64,000 nucleotides of DNA, taken from Octopus sinensis (lineage: Eukaryota). The notes beneath the pieces are model-generated. The model did no database searches, was not told the DNA's origin, and was given only the letters and a program-made list of their open reading frames with translations. Positions 1-13,832 of this stretch are shown here, piece by piece; position 1 is the stretch's first letter; every line of letters starts with the position of its first letter. Where the stretch lies: contig NC_043011.1 of the NCBI RefSeq assembly GCF_006345805.1, forward strand, positions 60,214,464-60,278,463, given 5' to 3'. The translations under genes were made by a program, and so were the position numbers.

Positions 1-293
1 ATTATAAAACCATTTTAACCAATATTACCAATCGGTTTCACACTTGATATTAGACAACCAGATGTTAGGTAAAATAGCATGGTTAACTGGCTCTTCAGAG
101 ATGGCAGGTATAGGAAAAAAATATGATGACTGCTGCCATATCTTAAAGGTATGTAGTATGAGTTAACTGCACTATTATCTAATATCTGGTTATCTAATAC
201 CCAGTGTAAAACTAACTGGTATGATCAGCTGAAATGGATTTAGAATTCTATATACATCAATGTGAGAGTGTGTGTGTGTATGTATACACACAT

Positions 294-333
<40 letters not shown>

Positions 334-609
334 CGTCGCCTTACTGGCACCTGTGCTGGTGGCATGTGTAAAAAGATTCGAGTGAGGTCATTGCCAGTAC
401 CGCCTGACTGGCCCCATGCCGGTGGCACGTAAAAAGCACCCACTACACTCTCGGAGTGGTTGGTGTTAGGAAGGGCATCCTGCTCTAGAAACTCTGCCAA
501 ATCAAGATTGGAGCCTGGTGCAGCCATCTGGTTCGCCAGCCCTCAGTCAAAATCGTCAAACCCATGCTAGCATGGAAAGCGGACGTTAAACGATGATGAT
601 GGTGATGAT
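334..609 (+). mobile_element. SINE/LINE-tail family C copy ending in (GAT)n
   Basis: gtggcacgtaaaaagcacccactacactctcggagtggttgg.gttaggaagggcatcc...cccatgctagcatgga...cgttaaacgatgatg; near-identical core at 29514-29742 and 35262-35670. Confidence 0.85.
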
Positions 610-647
610 ATATATATATATACATATATATATAATATATTCATATG

Positions 648-681
<34 letters not shown>

Positions 682-1172
682 AGTGAGAGAGAGAGAGAGA
701 GAGCATGTGTGGGTTTGTGTGTACATACACAAAACCAAATGTTTAGAACACCCAGGCTTCTTGAGTGGTCATCCATGTAGTGATTGACTACATTTCACAT
801 TGTTTAACCCTTGTGATCAAATGAACAGAGCATTTTTGTGTTTATATACAAACATTTATGAATGAATATATATTTGTTAGTGTAAGTATGATGAGCATAT
901 ATTTATGCACCTGCATGCATGATGTATACGTGTGTGTCTACATATAAACACACACACATATATACATACACACACACACATATTAAAGTAAATATGATCA
1001 TTCTAATATATACAGTATGTTCTTATGTCAAGCTTATATATAAACGATGTAACATTCAACTGAAGGATAATTCAATATCTTTTAACTTTCATGCGGAAAA
1101 GGTTGACACTGACATTAATGTTTTGGTTTGCTTGCCTTCAGCTATACACATACATTGTGTGTGTGTGTGTGT

Positions 1173-1208
<36 letters not shown>

Positions 1209-2024
1209 ATGTACACATACACACACACAAACACACATATGTAATATGAAAAGAAATGTTGAAAATGCACACGGTGTCTTTAAAAAGTGTAATTTACATT
1301 TACTTAACCAGCTTCACAATTTTATGATTTTCAAAAGTAGGTAGAGATAGAAGAACCAACTCAAGACTCTTCCATTACACATTGCTTTTGAAAAGAATAA
1401 AAAAAAAGAAAAAACATTAAATTCTGAAACTGGTTATGTACATGTAAATAACTCTTTTTTAATATGGACTGCGAGAGCTTTTAAACATTTCTTTTCTTCA
1501 TACTTCTGCTCAGGTGAAAAAGAAAAACAAAGTATTTTTGTATATATATATATAAATGTATGTTTGTATGTATGTATGTAATGTATGCCTGTATGTATAT
1601 ATGCATGTATGTATATGCACACATACTGTGATCTTATACAAGAGGCCGAGAGTTGATACATGTATATATATTTAATTTAATTTAATTTAATGTAATTTAA
1701 TTGTTCTTTTTGAATTGATAAAGGTGGTTTTTTTCTAATTTTTATATATATATATATATTATATTTTATGAAATTTGATTTAGTATTTCTAAATTGAATT
1801 TTGCCCTGTAAGTTAGGAATAATATTCCCTGAAATAATTATTTTATATATATACATATATGGGGCTGGCCGGATCGGACCGATATCAGGATTAATCAGCC
1901 AAAATTGCTAAGATGATCCGGTTCCTGACTGAAGATTAGAGGCTTCGAATGACCTGTCTGTTTTTTTTGTGTCGTCTCTTTGTGTGGTTTGCGTTCTTGT
2001 CCCCTTTTGTAAATTTTATATATA

Positions 2025-2079
<55 letters not shown>

Positions 2080-2195
2080 TGGGTATCTCTGGTTTCTCTC
2101 TCTCTCATGCACGCGCTGTTTGACAACAGGTTTTGGTTAGTTTGTTTACATCCTCGAAAATTAGTGTATGCGTATATGTATAACTGGAAGTATGA

Positions 2196-2708
2196 TAGTT
2201 TTTTTGATTTTCCGATTGCATGCAAATGGTTGCAGGCAGCTTTCTGGCTAACATGAAGTTCTTTTGCCAGTTCTCAAGAGGTTTTACATGGATCTTTCTC
2301 AATGATGCTCTTTAATTGACCGTCATTGATGGGCGTCCACTATGATCAATCTGCAAGGCTCAGGTCTCCACTGCAAAATCATTTAAACCATTTTCGAACT
2401 GACCACTCACTGGTCATTTCCTCACCAAACGTTTCATTGATATCGCGAGCAGTTTCAGCTGCTTTACGTCCTTTTTTTAAGTTGAATAGCAAAATTGCTT
2501 GAATATCATACTTTGACAGTTCCATTTCAGATGATTGTAACAACAGTGAAAAAAAATATCAATGTTAATTTATTGATGCATTTGGGCAAGTCTATGTCTG
2601 TATTATCAGACAAATGCAAAATATGTTTAAAAAATATTCAAAACTGCAAAAATCCAGTACAAATTCTTCATGGTTCAAAACGTTGCTTACTTTTTACTCA
2701 GCCTGATA
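2196..2708 (-). mobile_element. Mariner (Mos1-like) transposon 5' fragment: TIR plus N-terminal DNA-binding part of transposase
   Basis: From ATG at 2525 (minus): MELSKYDIQAILLFNLKKGRKAAETARDINETFGEEMTSEWSVRKWFK*FCSGDLSL...QLKSIIEKDPCKTS*ELAKELHVSQKAACNHLHAIGKSKKL, a typical mariner HTH region. TIR-like end tatcaggctgagtaaaaagtaagcaacg at ~2677-2708 abuts TA repeats. Confidence 0.85.
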
Positions 2709-2722
2709 TATATATATATATA

Positions 2723-3015
2723 TGAAGGTTCATGGTTTAGTGGTTAGTGTACTAAACTCAAGATTGTGAGATCGTGGACTCGATTCTCAGACTGGGCGGC
2801 ATGTTGTGCTCTGGAGCAAAACACTTCATTTCACATTTTTCTGTGATCATTTAGACACCTAACATGTGGCACCCAGTTGTACCTGTACAGGTAATGTCGA
2901 TTTGAACGAGGGAGTGGGCTCATGTCTACACAAACATTTGATCACTATAAGCAAACCATCTGTGTGGTTGTTCAGAAATTGCTGAACCCTCATACGTCAT
3001 CTAATGACAGGAGAG
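2723..3015 (+). mobile_element. tRNA-headed SINE (D-related head)
   Basis: tggtttagtggttag A-box-like, ctcgattctc B-box-like, followed by gagcaaaacacttcatttcac. Confidence 0.6.
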
Positions 3016-3191
3016 TCCATTATATATATATATACAGTTCAATTAAAGTCTAAAAACCTCATTAAGGGATAATAAAATTCAATGTATATACGGGTTTATT
3101 GCCTATTACAAAAAAATATCGGATATTACATTAATATTCAACTGTAAGGTAAATTGGATAAACTTGGATTTATGTGTACTTTTAAGAAAAT

Positions 3192-3280
3192 AAGAAAATA
3201 GAGATAATTAAATTAAAAATTATTTATGTTCAATTTTGTAATTAATAAATAATTATTTATTTAATTATCTCTATTTTCTT
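3192..3280. repeat. Inverted repeat (22 bp perfect stem, 89 nt hairpin)
   Basis: aagaaaatagagataattaaat (3192-3213) is the exact reverse complement of atttaattatctctattttctt (3259-3280); an inner 10 bp stem is also present. Confidence 0.9.
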
Positions 3281-3450
3281 CAAAAGACGAAGACAGGTGG
3301 TGTAGACAACAAAGAGATGGATTAGTATAATGCTTGGGAAGTGAAAAAGTCTTTAACGTTTTGAGCTTACACTCTTCCACAGAAAAAACAGAAAGAAACA
3401 AAGAGAGAAAATAAAGAATGTGTAATGGCTAGCGATCTATCATGGTGATC
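3281..3450 (-). mobile_element. Short repeat family, Penelope-like terminal-repeat fragment (tentative)
   Basis: Reverse-complement homolog of 28478-28668 (gatagatcg.tagcca.tacac...gaagag...gctc.aaac.t.aaaga). PLE assignment rests on the recalled gaagag..gctcgaaac terminal motif. Confidence 0.5.
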
Positions 3451-3638
3451 TATGTATGCATGTATGTATGTATGTATGTATGTATGTATGTATGTATCTA
3501 TCTATATATATATATACATGTATATACATACATGAAATACAGAATCCAGGAAGTAATCAGAACTCTAGCCAACCAATGACTATTTGACACACAAATGGTC
3601 ATGATACATCAATATCATATATATATATATATATATAA

Positions 3639-3684
<46 letters not shown>

Positions 3685-4660
3685 ATATATAAATCTATGC
3701 TAAAACATTATTTGTTGTTTGCGTGGTGCATGATGAGATATACGTTGTTGCACATCCTGTTCACTTATGGAAAAGGAACTGGCAATTATTCAATATGGTG
3801 CCATGCATCCTGTTAAAATTTTGGTAAACAACTCTTTTGATAGATTTCATCAATGGGTATTATTGTTCCAAAAATGGCACTACCTACTCGTCAAATGATA
3901 GTGTAAGGGCATGAATATTCATTGACACCTGTACTTTTTATAATAATTCAGAGTATGAAAAGGCTGTCCCTTGTCAAAGAACAGTTCCAGGTGTTCTTCT
4001 GTTATAGTGTAAGAGGTTCATTAATAGGACAGGCACGTGTATCTTCAATGTAATTTTCAGTTTAAATGTATGTGAGACTCTGAAACATGACCATCTCTTT
4101 GAATTATAAATTCCAAATGGGCTTCTGTAATGTTTCTTCTTTCTCTCTACTTGCCTGCTTCTCAGCTCTGTCCATCCATCAATTCCATCTGTAGCTCTTT
4201 CCGTCTGTTTTTCTTTCTTTCTATCTATTTGTCTGTTTTTCTTTCTTTCTATCTATTTGTCTGTTTGTCTGTCTGTCTATCAACCTCCCTAAATGGGTAT
4301 GACACACACATACACATGCACTTTCAGTCTCTGAACCATGGCCATGCCAGGGTCCTGGCTTCATAGGTTTAGATGGACAAATGAATCCTGCTCCTTAATT
4401 GTTAAAAAGTCTGGTACTTAATCTACAATCTCTTTTGCAGAATGCTAAGTTATGGGGTTGTAAAGATACCATCACCAATTCTCAAGCAGTGGGGCCACAA
4501 AGACACCGCATACCTCTTATTGATCAAATTGACTTGCAATGCATTGGTTGGCCCAGGGCTATCATACAAAACTCTTGTCTAAGGTGCTGTGCAGTGGCAC
4601 TGGACCAAAAACCTAGAGGCTGCAAAGCAAGTTTCTAAACCACACAGCCATGCCTACACC

Positions 4661-4702
<42 letters not shown>

Positions 4703-6719
4703 ATACAGAAGTGTATACTGGCTCTCCTGAGCTACAACAGAGTATCAAAGTATTATATATCTGTTGATAAAATATGAATTGTGTAAATATTGATATATGG
4801 TATTGTATAAATATTAGTATACCCACTCTATTGACAAACCTAACATTCTAGACATGCAGGGCTACATCCGCTGCTGGATACCCTCTGCCATCACATTTTG
4901 GACTATTGCTGTATTCTAGCCTGCATCCACTGGATGTTGCAGTCACTTTGATGAGAAATCCCAGTTGTATAAAGGTTAAGTTATACCTTCTGTAGCTCAC
5001 TTTCATTCTTCATTGCCAAAATCCAATTGAAATTCTTTTTAAGTGCTTCTGATAATGCTTTGAGGTTCTGGTCCTCTTTCTTCAAGATATTGAGAGCTGC
5101 TAATTCATGAGATCATTATTAGGCAGATTTGCCTGTAAGTGAAACTAAAGTAGAAGAAATATGCTGAAGGTAGTGCACCGTGAGATTGAACCTATGAGCT
5201 CAGGAGTGTGAAGCAAACTTCTTAGCCATCTCATTATGCCTTCCCCTAGTCATGCACACAAACAGTATGACTGACTAACAATGCAGGTGGCATTTCCTAT
5301 CTGATACTAGACTAAGAGAAGCACAATTTAATATTACTTGGTCCTCAGGTGCTGTTAGGGGACTCAACTCAGTTGCAAACTTTAGACCAGGCCCTCATTT
5401 TTGGGTTTACTTAATGTGTTGATGTGCTTCTCCTGTTGTAGTAACCCATGAGACATGCTCCCTTCTTCCTTCCCCATCCAACTCTACTATCATTAGAGGC
5501 CCTGCAGAGGGCCGATGGCTTTGTTCTTCCTCTTCTGAGTATGCCATAAATAAAAACATAAATGCTGCAGCAGTGTTTTTGATCAAATTAAGAAAATGGC
5601 TACTGCTGTAGGGGATGATGTTCATGTGTGTATGTGCAAGTATGTGCTAGTGTGAATATGATAACAAAAAGAAGCTAATCATAATTTTCATCATGAAAAA
5701 TTCCAAAAAAAAACAATAATGATCTTAGAGGATCAATGATATTCTCCAAAGGGGTTGTCAGATTTCATCTGATCAATTTCACTCAAAATAAATTTTAACC
5801 TACCAGAAAAATTTAATTACAGAATCTGTGAAAAAATAGTTGTAACGATAATAGAATTATTAGCATGGTTCTAACGAAATAAAAGAAAAGTGACAAAACT
5901 AAAGTTTCTCACGAAATGGCACAGAAAGCAACATAAATAGATACACATACATACATACTCATGTATTACACATACATGAATTCCAATTACTCAGGGTCAA
6001 TGACTCTCTCTGCCCTTCACTGTAGAGTTCACCTGCTGTCTGTATCACACATGAAATTTCTAAAATCACCATTAGCTATTTCATTATCTCACTTCCTGCA
6101 TGAGATACATCTGTCTTATTTTAATTCAGGACTTCAATTTACAGAAAACCTCTTGGCTATTATACTACTCTCACACCAATGCTGACTGCACAGAGGCCCC
6201 ACCATGCCCCATCCTAAACAGTCAGCAGCACCAGTTTGTGTCCACACTTACTGTTATCCATGATAGTTACTATTGTCTTCAATACTCTCAGAGTTTTCTT
6301 TTCATTTATTTATTTTGCTCCCAAAGTCCAGTCTTTACCCTAGCATCACTTTCTCAGTGGATGAAAAAAAATTAATTTCATATTTTATTCATTGGATGGG
6401 TGGTGCCCATGGCTGTTTGGTTGCTCTCTGAGACAGCTGGAAAGGAAGTACTGTATTTTCCAACTAAGAAATCAAACGTTTTCTTATCAAAATTTACAGC
6501 CAAAAGAGACAAATTGACTTAAACATGAAAATGACTTTGGAAGACCAAAAATTCCATGTGAGATGCAGAAGAATCTGGAAAGACAGTGATGATGTTTGAA
6601 TGGTTACACAATATATCACATTGACATGTATGTTGGAAAATATGGTATGTTTCACATAAACAGAACATATTTAAATGCGTGTAACATAGTTTAAAGTGAT
6701 ATTAATAGATATTCTGCTG

Positions 6720-7480
6720 CATTTCTTCTTTTTGATCTCTTTGCTGTCATTGTTTTCATTTGCAATATTACTTCCAAGATAGCAACACTAAAGAATCACT
6801 TTGTCTGTTTGATTATCAATTATTATAATATTGCCTTGGTAGTATTCCTGAGATAATTATTAACTCAGATTTGTCAAAATTAATGAATAAACTATATTCT
6901 TCAGCATATTTCTGGAACTTTCTTTGTCACAACCCTCAATTCTAAATAACCAGCAATTAAGACTGTCTCATATCCTGAACTGGCGACAATTATTCTACCT
7001 ACTGTAACTGTACCATCAAAATTCTCAACAGCCTTCCTCATTCTGCCTAGATGTTAAACAGGAAAGTACAAAAGACACAGCTTTGTCATTCCACTTGCTT
7101 AATCTCAGACTACACAGTCAACAGTCATAGTTTACCGTGAATAAAATCATTTCAATAATTCTATAAAATGTTGAACAAATCCCATTCTTGTCATCTCTGA
7201 CCATAATTTGTCATAAATAACTGCATCAAAAGCTTTTTCATAGTCAATAGAAGCAATAAATAAGTCTTCATCATGTTCTCTAATTGTCTCAGTAACTAAC
7301 TTCAGCTTGACAATAGCATCCTTTGTACCTCTTTCAGTTCTATAACCAATTTGTTCCATTCCGTATTTGACTTTAATTCTATTAGCAATGATACTAAGTA
7401 GGATTTTACCAGCATAAATCATCAGCATAATTGCTCTGTTGTCTTTACATTGCATTGTAGACACAGTATGACTGACTGGC
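6720..7480 (-). mobile_element. RTE-clade LINE reverse transcriptase fragment
   Basis: ORF 7147-7464: AIMLMIYAGKILLSII...EQIGYRTERGTKDAI...LFIASIDYEKAFDAV (RT motifs QxGFR, FIDYxKAFD). Downstream CYLGSNIANENNDSKEIKK at ~6730-6785. Confidence 0.88.
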
Positions 7481-7591
7481 TAAAAGTTTGCCTTGCATTC
7501 ATGAGATCTTGTGTGGCTTCTTGAGCAAGTGTCATTTTCTATAGCTTCAGGTTGACCCATATCTTTAGTAAAATTGAGTATGTGGAAACAC

Positions 7592-8076
7592 CATCACCAT
7601 CACCACCATCGTTATCACTTAATGCTCACTTTTCCATGCTTGCAAGGGTCAGACGAAATTTGTTGAGACATATTTTCTACTGTTGGGTGCCCTTCCTGTT
7701 TCCAAACAAGGTAATTCCCCACTTAGCCAGACATGTTTTTCATGGAATACTGGAAATGAACAACATCGCTTGCATGACAGTGATGCTTGTTTACAGCCCT
7801 CACATGATGACAAGACAAGGGTACACACAAACGCACACACATATATATCTGCAGATGGTATGAAATAATACCTGGTCCATACTATAAAGTGGTTGGTGTT
7901 AGGAAGGGCATCCACCCATAATAATCATGCCAAAGCAAACACTCGAGCTTCATGCAGTTCTTGAACACACTGGATCTTGGCCAGCCCTGGGCTATGGTAG
8001 AAAGGTGCTGCACAATAGGACTGAACCCAAATTTACATGGCTAGGAAGCGAGCTTCTTTACCACACAGCTGCACCT
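7592..8076 (-). mobile_element. Composite SINE (family A head, RTE-like C2 tail) inserted into the RTE LINE
   Basis: Reverse A head (cttctttaccacacagctgcacct) at ~8050-8076 and reverse tail tttccatgcttgcaagggtcagacgaaatttgttgag at ~7630-7670. Confidence 0.7.
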
Positions 8077-8269
8077 CAAAATGTGCCTGTAATTCAAAGG
8101 TTCAGCTGTCACACTGATTCTACCAAAGAATTACATTTATAGTACATTTGGCTGTGGAGTACTCAGCCACTCACACACTAATTCCATGGATCCAGTAGCT
8201 CGGTTGATTGGACACCTAAATGCTCAAGATTGGAAATTCTGACTGAGATACTTATTTTTCTTTTTAGTT

Positions 8270-8900
8270 TTTATGAGGCTGTTTTCTTTTCTTTCTTTTT
8301 TCCATCTTTTTTTTTATGATAGTATGAAAACTGATTTAACCCAATCATTTAGTCATAATTTTAAGTTCCATATTTTTGTGCACAGATAGTGTAAAAATTT
8401 CAATGAGGCTTTTTTTCATAATTTTCCCAAAGTTCTATGTAATTTGTTGCAGGAGATTTTGATTTTTTAAAAAACATTTCCTTTCTTTCTATCTGTTTTT
8501 CGTTTTATTTTAGACATTATTAGAAGTGTTCTTTCTCTTATGCAATTCTGACTTTGATAATTTTGATAACTTTCTATTTGATTAACATCTGTTGAATTTT
8601 TCTATAAGCTCTTGTAATATTCTCTCCAAATTTCCTTTATATCTTTCCATTCATAAAGCATATTACAATCTTTGTCTTTGATAAAAATCTTTTCTTGGTG
8701 CAAATTTCCTTCTTATTAGTTTCATGCTTTGTGAATATCTCTAATGGTATGTGTTAGTGAATCCTTTTCAATCTCCTCAAAAATTTCATTGATGTTTTCC
8801 CTGCTTGATATTTTTCCTTCATGGTTTCAATTTCATGACTTGCCTGTTGACACTTTTCTTTGGCTCCAGATGATGCCATATCACTGGTTTTTACAGATCT
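8270..8900 (-). mobile_element. Upstream (endonuclease-RT linker) part of the same RTE LINE copy
   Basis: Minus-strand translation includes IKEIWREYYK and KSPATNYIELWE...LHYLCTKIW...NDWVKSVFIL (decayed KAPGxDxI...LCxKIW...DWxKSxFIP), which normally precedes the RT segment at 7147-7464. Confidence 0.65.
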
Positions 8901-9079
8901 CCTGTCTTCGGTTTTATATAATACCACATCTGTTGTGTGGCAGATTTAATCTACTGCCTAACTTAACATCCCACATCTGATACCTTCAGAGACTTCAGTT
9001 GGAGCCCATCCAAGTATAAGCCCATGGACATCAATGAGACCCACAAAGCAAGATGGGGTACTACATACATATAGTCAGA

Positions 9080-9927
9080 TTTTAATAAAATCTTTGCAGC
9101 AAGTGAGCCGTGAAATAGGAATTTCAAAATGAATCATCCACTGCATTTTGAAGTAGTGTCATTAGAAAAATTAGATTCAAAGAATAATCCATAATCTAAT
9201 CAGAGATGATCCAGATCAAAAAGTGACATTTAGTGAATGGTACTGGGTAAGATGTGTAGAAGGAACACACTATCCAACAAAGATTGGAGTGTGAGGTTAT
9301 ATATAAAGTAAATGGTTCAATTAACCACCATAACTGCATCTACATTGGACTGAGAATCCACATGTTAAGGAGGAACATGATGGTAATTTACTAAGAGTTA
9401 CAGTATGGTGTAGTTAATCATCAAAAGAATTATTTGAACCATTTACTTGAACATGCTGCAACAATCTGTTATGCCAAGCATTGAAGAGGACTTGAAGATG
9501 GGGGTTCCCACATCACCATAGTCAATGTAAGGGCCTTGATGAAATTTTGTCAAACAGGTGGATTGGATGAAGGGGTTCAGTAGAATATCCTTTAGGTTTA
9601 CTGAGACCTTACACCACTAGTCTTATTTTTTTATGGGGATACTTAAAAGATTAAGTTTACAGTACAAAACCAGCAACAGACAATGAATTAAGGGCAGCCA
9701 TTGAAGAGGATGCACACAAAAACCAAACGAAATGCTTCATGACATTTGTAATTCCATTGCTTTACATTATCTGTAGTGCATAGACCAGAGAAATCATCAA
9801 ATTGAAAAAGGGAATCATTAAAAAATTGATGTAGATTCCATTGAATTTGGAAAACGAAATGTATTTTAATAAACAGTGACTTTATAATTATTCAATGTGC
9901 AATATATTTTGGGGGGAGACCCTGTAT
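9080..9927 (+). mobile_element. Tc1/mariner-superfamily transposase pseudogene with 3' TIR (probably DD41D rosa/VS-type)
   Basis: Frameshifted translation gives SLQQVSREIGISK, DDPDQKVTFSEW, LDEILSNRWIG*RGSVEYP, LWGYLKD*VYSTKP and NEMLHDICNSIA. These correspond to the WIGRxG...PPRSPDLTPLDFFLWGYLK family motif. Ends in ...gagaccctgta at ~9925; no 5' TIR found. Confidence 0.8.
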
Positions 9928-10931
9928 CTAGAAATATATATATATATATGCAGCTAATGATATATGTTTCTTTTGGAACAGCAATCCCAATTAGTCTATA
10001 AAAATTGTAACCAATGTTTATAGACTTTTGGGGGTCTTATTCTCTGGCTGAAGTGTCTATTGGTCACATTTGTTACTATTGTCTATCTTTATTATCATTT
10101 TTACAGTAGGCAAGAATCGTGAGAATAATGTTACATGCTTGTTTATCGTATCATTCGACATTTTTCAGCAATTATTTATTTACTTATCTTTTTTGTAACA
10201 TTTAATTTTTTTTTTTCCTATCCAGAATAAACCCAGGAATATTTATTGTTCTGAACAAAATATAATAACTAATAAGGATAAATGAAAAATTCTTTGTAGG
10301 ATAAAGAAAAACATAAATAAAACATCTTTTGTATATAATTGTGCTTTTGGTAAAAGATGACTAACAGAAAATGCTGTCTGTAATTACATAAACATAAAAT
10401 TGGGCAACAGTAGAGCGAAAAATGAAAAATGTTCTATAGATTTCCATAAAAACAAATAAACTGATCTAGTGCCAAATAAACTCAGGAATTCTGGATACAG
10501 CAAAAAGAAAAACAAACAAACAAACAAACTAGAAATGGAAATTCTACAATTAAGGAAAGATATTGATAAATCAGTAAGTAACAGACATTTATTATATAAC
10601 ATTCACACAACTATTGATAATTTACAGTCATCTCTTTCACATGGAATAAGAAATAATAGCATAAAAAAAAAGAAAGAAGCTAAGCAGACTCTATAATGGC
10701 AAAAATCATGCTGCCAACATAGGAAGATCAATTTGTTAACCTTGCACATCCTACATACTGTCTAAATCAAATTACACTTCTCATCTGTGGTACCAACTTC
10801 AAGGGAAATATAACTATAATCAAATGAAAGCTGAACTTCACTAACTCTACCAATCCCTAGAGAATTTCCTTCACGAGGGAAACATAAAAATGGACAGACA
10901 ACTTGAAGATTTACACCAGGGCAAAAGCAAT

Positions 10932-10932
<1 letters not shown>

Positions 10933-11012
<80 letters not shown>
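10933..11012. repeat. (CA)n microsatellite
   Basis: Directly visible. Confidence 0.95.
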
Positions 11013-11014
<2 letters not shown>

Positions 11015-13767
11015 GCAATAAATAAGCATTTAACTAGAAACTCGAACAAGTTCTGCATGATGTAAAAAAAAAAAATGATAAATAGTATTATGCAAAACTG
11101 ATAAGAGTAATGGAGAAATACTAATATATCACACGCACACACACACACACACACACAAACAAACAAAAAAAATCAATCTCCTACATGATAAGAAATTTAT
11201 AAGTAATTATAGAAGATTCATGAATTAAGATTTAAGCTAAAGTAGTTAATTCTAGTTGCAAATGCAGAACTTGGGTCTATTAAAGGCCACTATTTTACAA
11301 GGATTAATTCTTTGGCAACTAATATGTTATGGAACTGTGAGAATTCACAAACAGTATAACAATGGTCCAAAAGTTACCAGAACAAAATCAACAGTCGAGA
11401 CTAATGAATGATTAGATAATATTATGAAGCAATATATACACCAGAAAGATATGATATATATACAGTATACATTATATAGATATATGCAATATATATTCAA
11501 TATAGGTTGAAGTTTGAGTCAACAGTTGAGTCTGCCCTGGTAGAAATAGCTACTAAATCCTCATGAAATTGCATTCGACAAGTAGAATAAACACACACAC
11601 ACACACACACAAAGAAAATATAAAAATGACAAATAATAAATGCCTACACACACATAGAGATAGTGGAGGTCTGTGTAGATAGATATTAGGGATAAAATTA
11701 CTTTGCACAAGAGCTTTTAGATTTTTTCTGTAAATGCAGTATGGCAAAAAAAAAAAAGAAAAAAAATCAATAACAGATAAAGAAACAAGTTTGAAAGGCA
11801 AGCTGTAGAACACCACAGAAAGAAATTCAACAAAGTAAATATGACATAACATCCAGAAAAAACAAATTGCAAACAAAAACTTTTGCATGAACTGAATGCA
11901 CTTTGGTTATCGAAAAGATGAACATGTTATGAAAAACAGATCAAACAGAATATGCCTGACATCCAATCCCAATCTATCATTAATAATAATATTACTAAAA
12001 CACCCAAGTTTAAAAAAAATAAATCACCTTCTCAACGAAGCCACGAACCTGCAATTCATAAAAGTTTTAGATGACTAATGTTTATTTAAAATCTTTATGC
12101 AAACATGGCATTGTTACATTGGTCATACAAGTAAGACCATTTTAAAAACAAATGACTGTGCATTTACAAAGAAAAAAACAACAAAAACCCACAAAAAAAC
12201 CCCCCAAAAAAACAATTGCAACTCATTATGTTACAAAATACAAATATTTCAATAGTGAAGCAGATGAGGGAATGTATGAGAGGGACTGAACTGCTAGAAA
12301 TACTAGCTGAACTGACTCAAATCTTGTACACTGCTGTTAAAAAATTAACACATTTATAATGTTGTCCTTGGTATATGAAAACATCGAATGCTCATGGATA
12401 GAATACTTTTTGATCTTAGGTTTACATTAAAAACTAACTTGGAGGTAAACAACAAAAATTTAAAAAGAGAAATCTTCAGTGTTTTCCTAAAAATTCAAAA
12501 CAAAAATAATGTTCATCATAGAATACATAATTTATCAAAATACAAAGCATAAATCCCCACACAGTGTTACATGATATAAAGAACTCGAAACCATTACTAA
12601 AAAAGCAGAAGGCGAAACTGGAGTTAACAGCAAAACATTTCAAATTCACCATGATACCAATAAGTCAACATTATTTTGATGTGTTTGTTTTAAGTTTTGT
12701 TTTTCCATGCTGGCATGACTTAGATGGAAGAAAGGGACTCAAATGTTTTTGGGCTAAACGTGCTTATTTTTACTATTCCTGACTGGTTCTTCAAAAAAGG
12801 GATTTATACTTTATTTAAGATTAAATTGAAGGCACAAAGTTTGTGGATAGAATTAGCTAGATGATAAGAAATGATAACAAATACAACCAGTCACTAAGAA
12901 TATAACCATTTGTAGTCATAGTTCAATGTAGTTTTGTGCTTGTGTGTGTGTGAGCGTGCATGTGTGTGTGTGTGTGAGCGTGCATGTGTGTGTGTATATA
13001 TATATATATAATGACATTGCGTAGCAAAATGAAAACAAGTTTCTTTAGCAAGAGATAATTAGGGTTATATTAGCTAAATTCAGGGTGCTTTCTTCCACAT
13101 ATGAAATCAGTTTTGTTCTAGCACATCCGGATTTTGATCTCTGCATGATGGCAAACTTTTTCTGGCTTCACTCTTCTGGAACTTCATGCTAATGATTTTG
13201 ACAGTGAAATCAGTGCTGTAACTTTTTTGTAGAAAGTTTTTTCTAAATCTACATTTTTATTTTAACAGTGATTAACTAGTTTAGTACAGTAATAAATTAG
13301 ATGCAATGTTCACAAGATTAGACACTTTTTCTGTAAATGATGAGGGATATCTTGTAGATGTGATTGAGCAAATTAGATTTCATATTCATAAGAGCACCCT
13401 AAGATTAACTAATATCACCTCAAGTAGTGCTAGCTAAAAAATGAATGCTATGCAGTATTATTATCTATAGAAATAAAAAAACAATATTATATCTTCATAA
13501 TAACTAATTTACCAGTTGGTTTAATACCGAAAGTGGAGAAAAACTGAGCAATCATCAGAAAAGGCTTCCTTTGAACATTTTTCTATGAGTTTTTCTCAGT
13601 TCCTGATATGAAACCAATTGATAAATTGACTATTATGAGAACATAATACTGCATAATATTAATAATAATATATCACTCTATTATGCAGCATGAATGCTTG
13701 TTTTTCTAAGTCATGGAATTTTTTTTATACAACTGTGTGTGTGTGTGTGTGTGTGTGTTTGAACTGT

Positions 13768-13832
13768 AAAGCTGCATGGCAATGAGATATGAGCCATGAA
13801 TGAAGAGGACATGAGAAGACTCTCAGCAGTAT
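13768..13832 (+). mobile_element. Short RTE RT fragment
   Basis: Translates KLHGNEI*AMNEEDMRRL, the decayed LHGSETW...EDMRRL motif. Confidence 0.55.

Noticed and set aside
1309-1384. Strong minus-strand acceptor followed by a signal-peptide-like MCNGRVLSWFFYLYLLLK
   Set aside because: Careful recount shows a stop after 22 codons, before the weak donor; the other frames also stop.
4987-5132. Minus-strand acceptor with coiled-coil-like ELAALNILKKEDQNLKALSE
   Set aside because: Stops in all frames near the acceptor and a weak donor; origin unresolved.
13070-13735. Possible DNA-transposon (Chapaev-like) terminal sequence
   Set aside because: Resemblance is from memory only; no matching TIR pair, TSD or coding motif could be shown.
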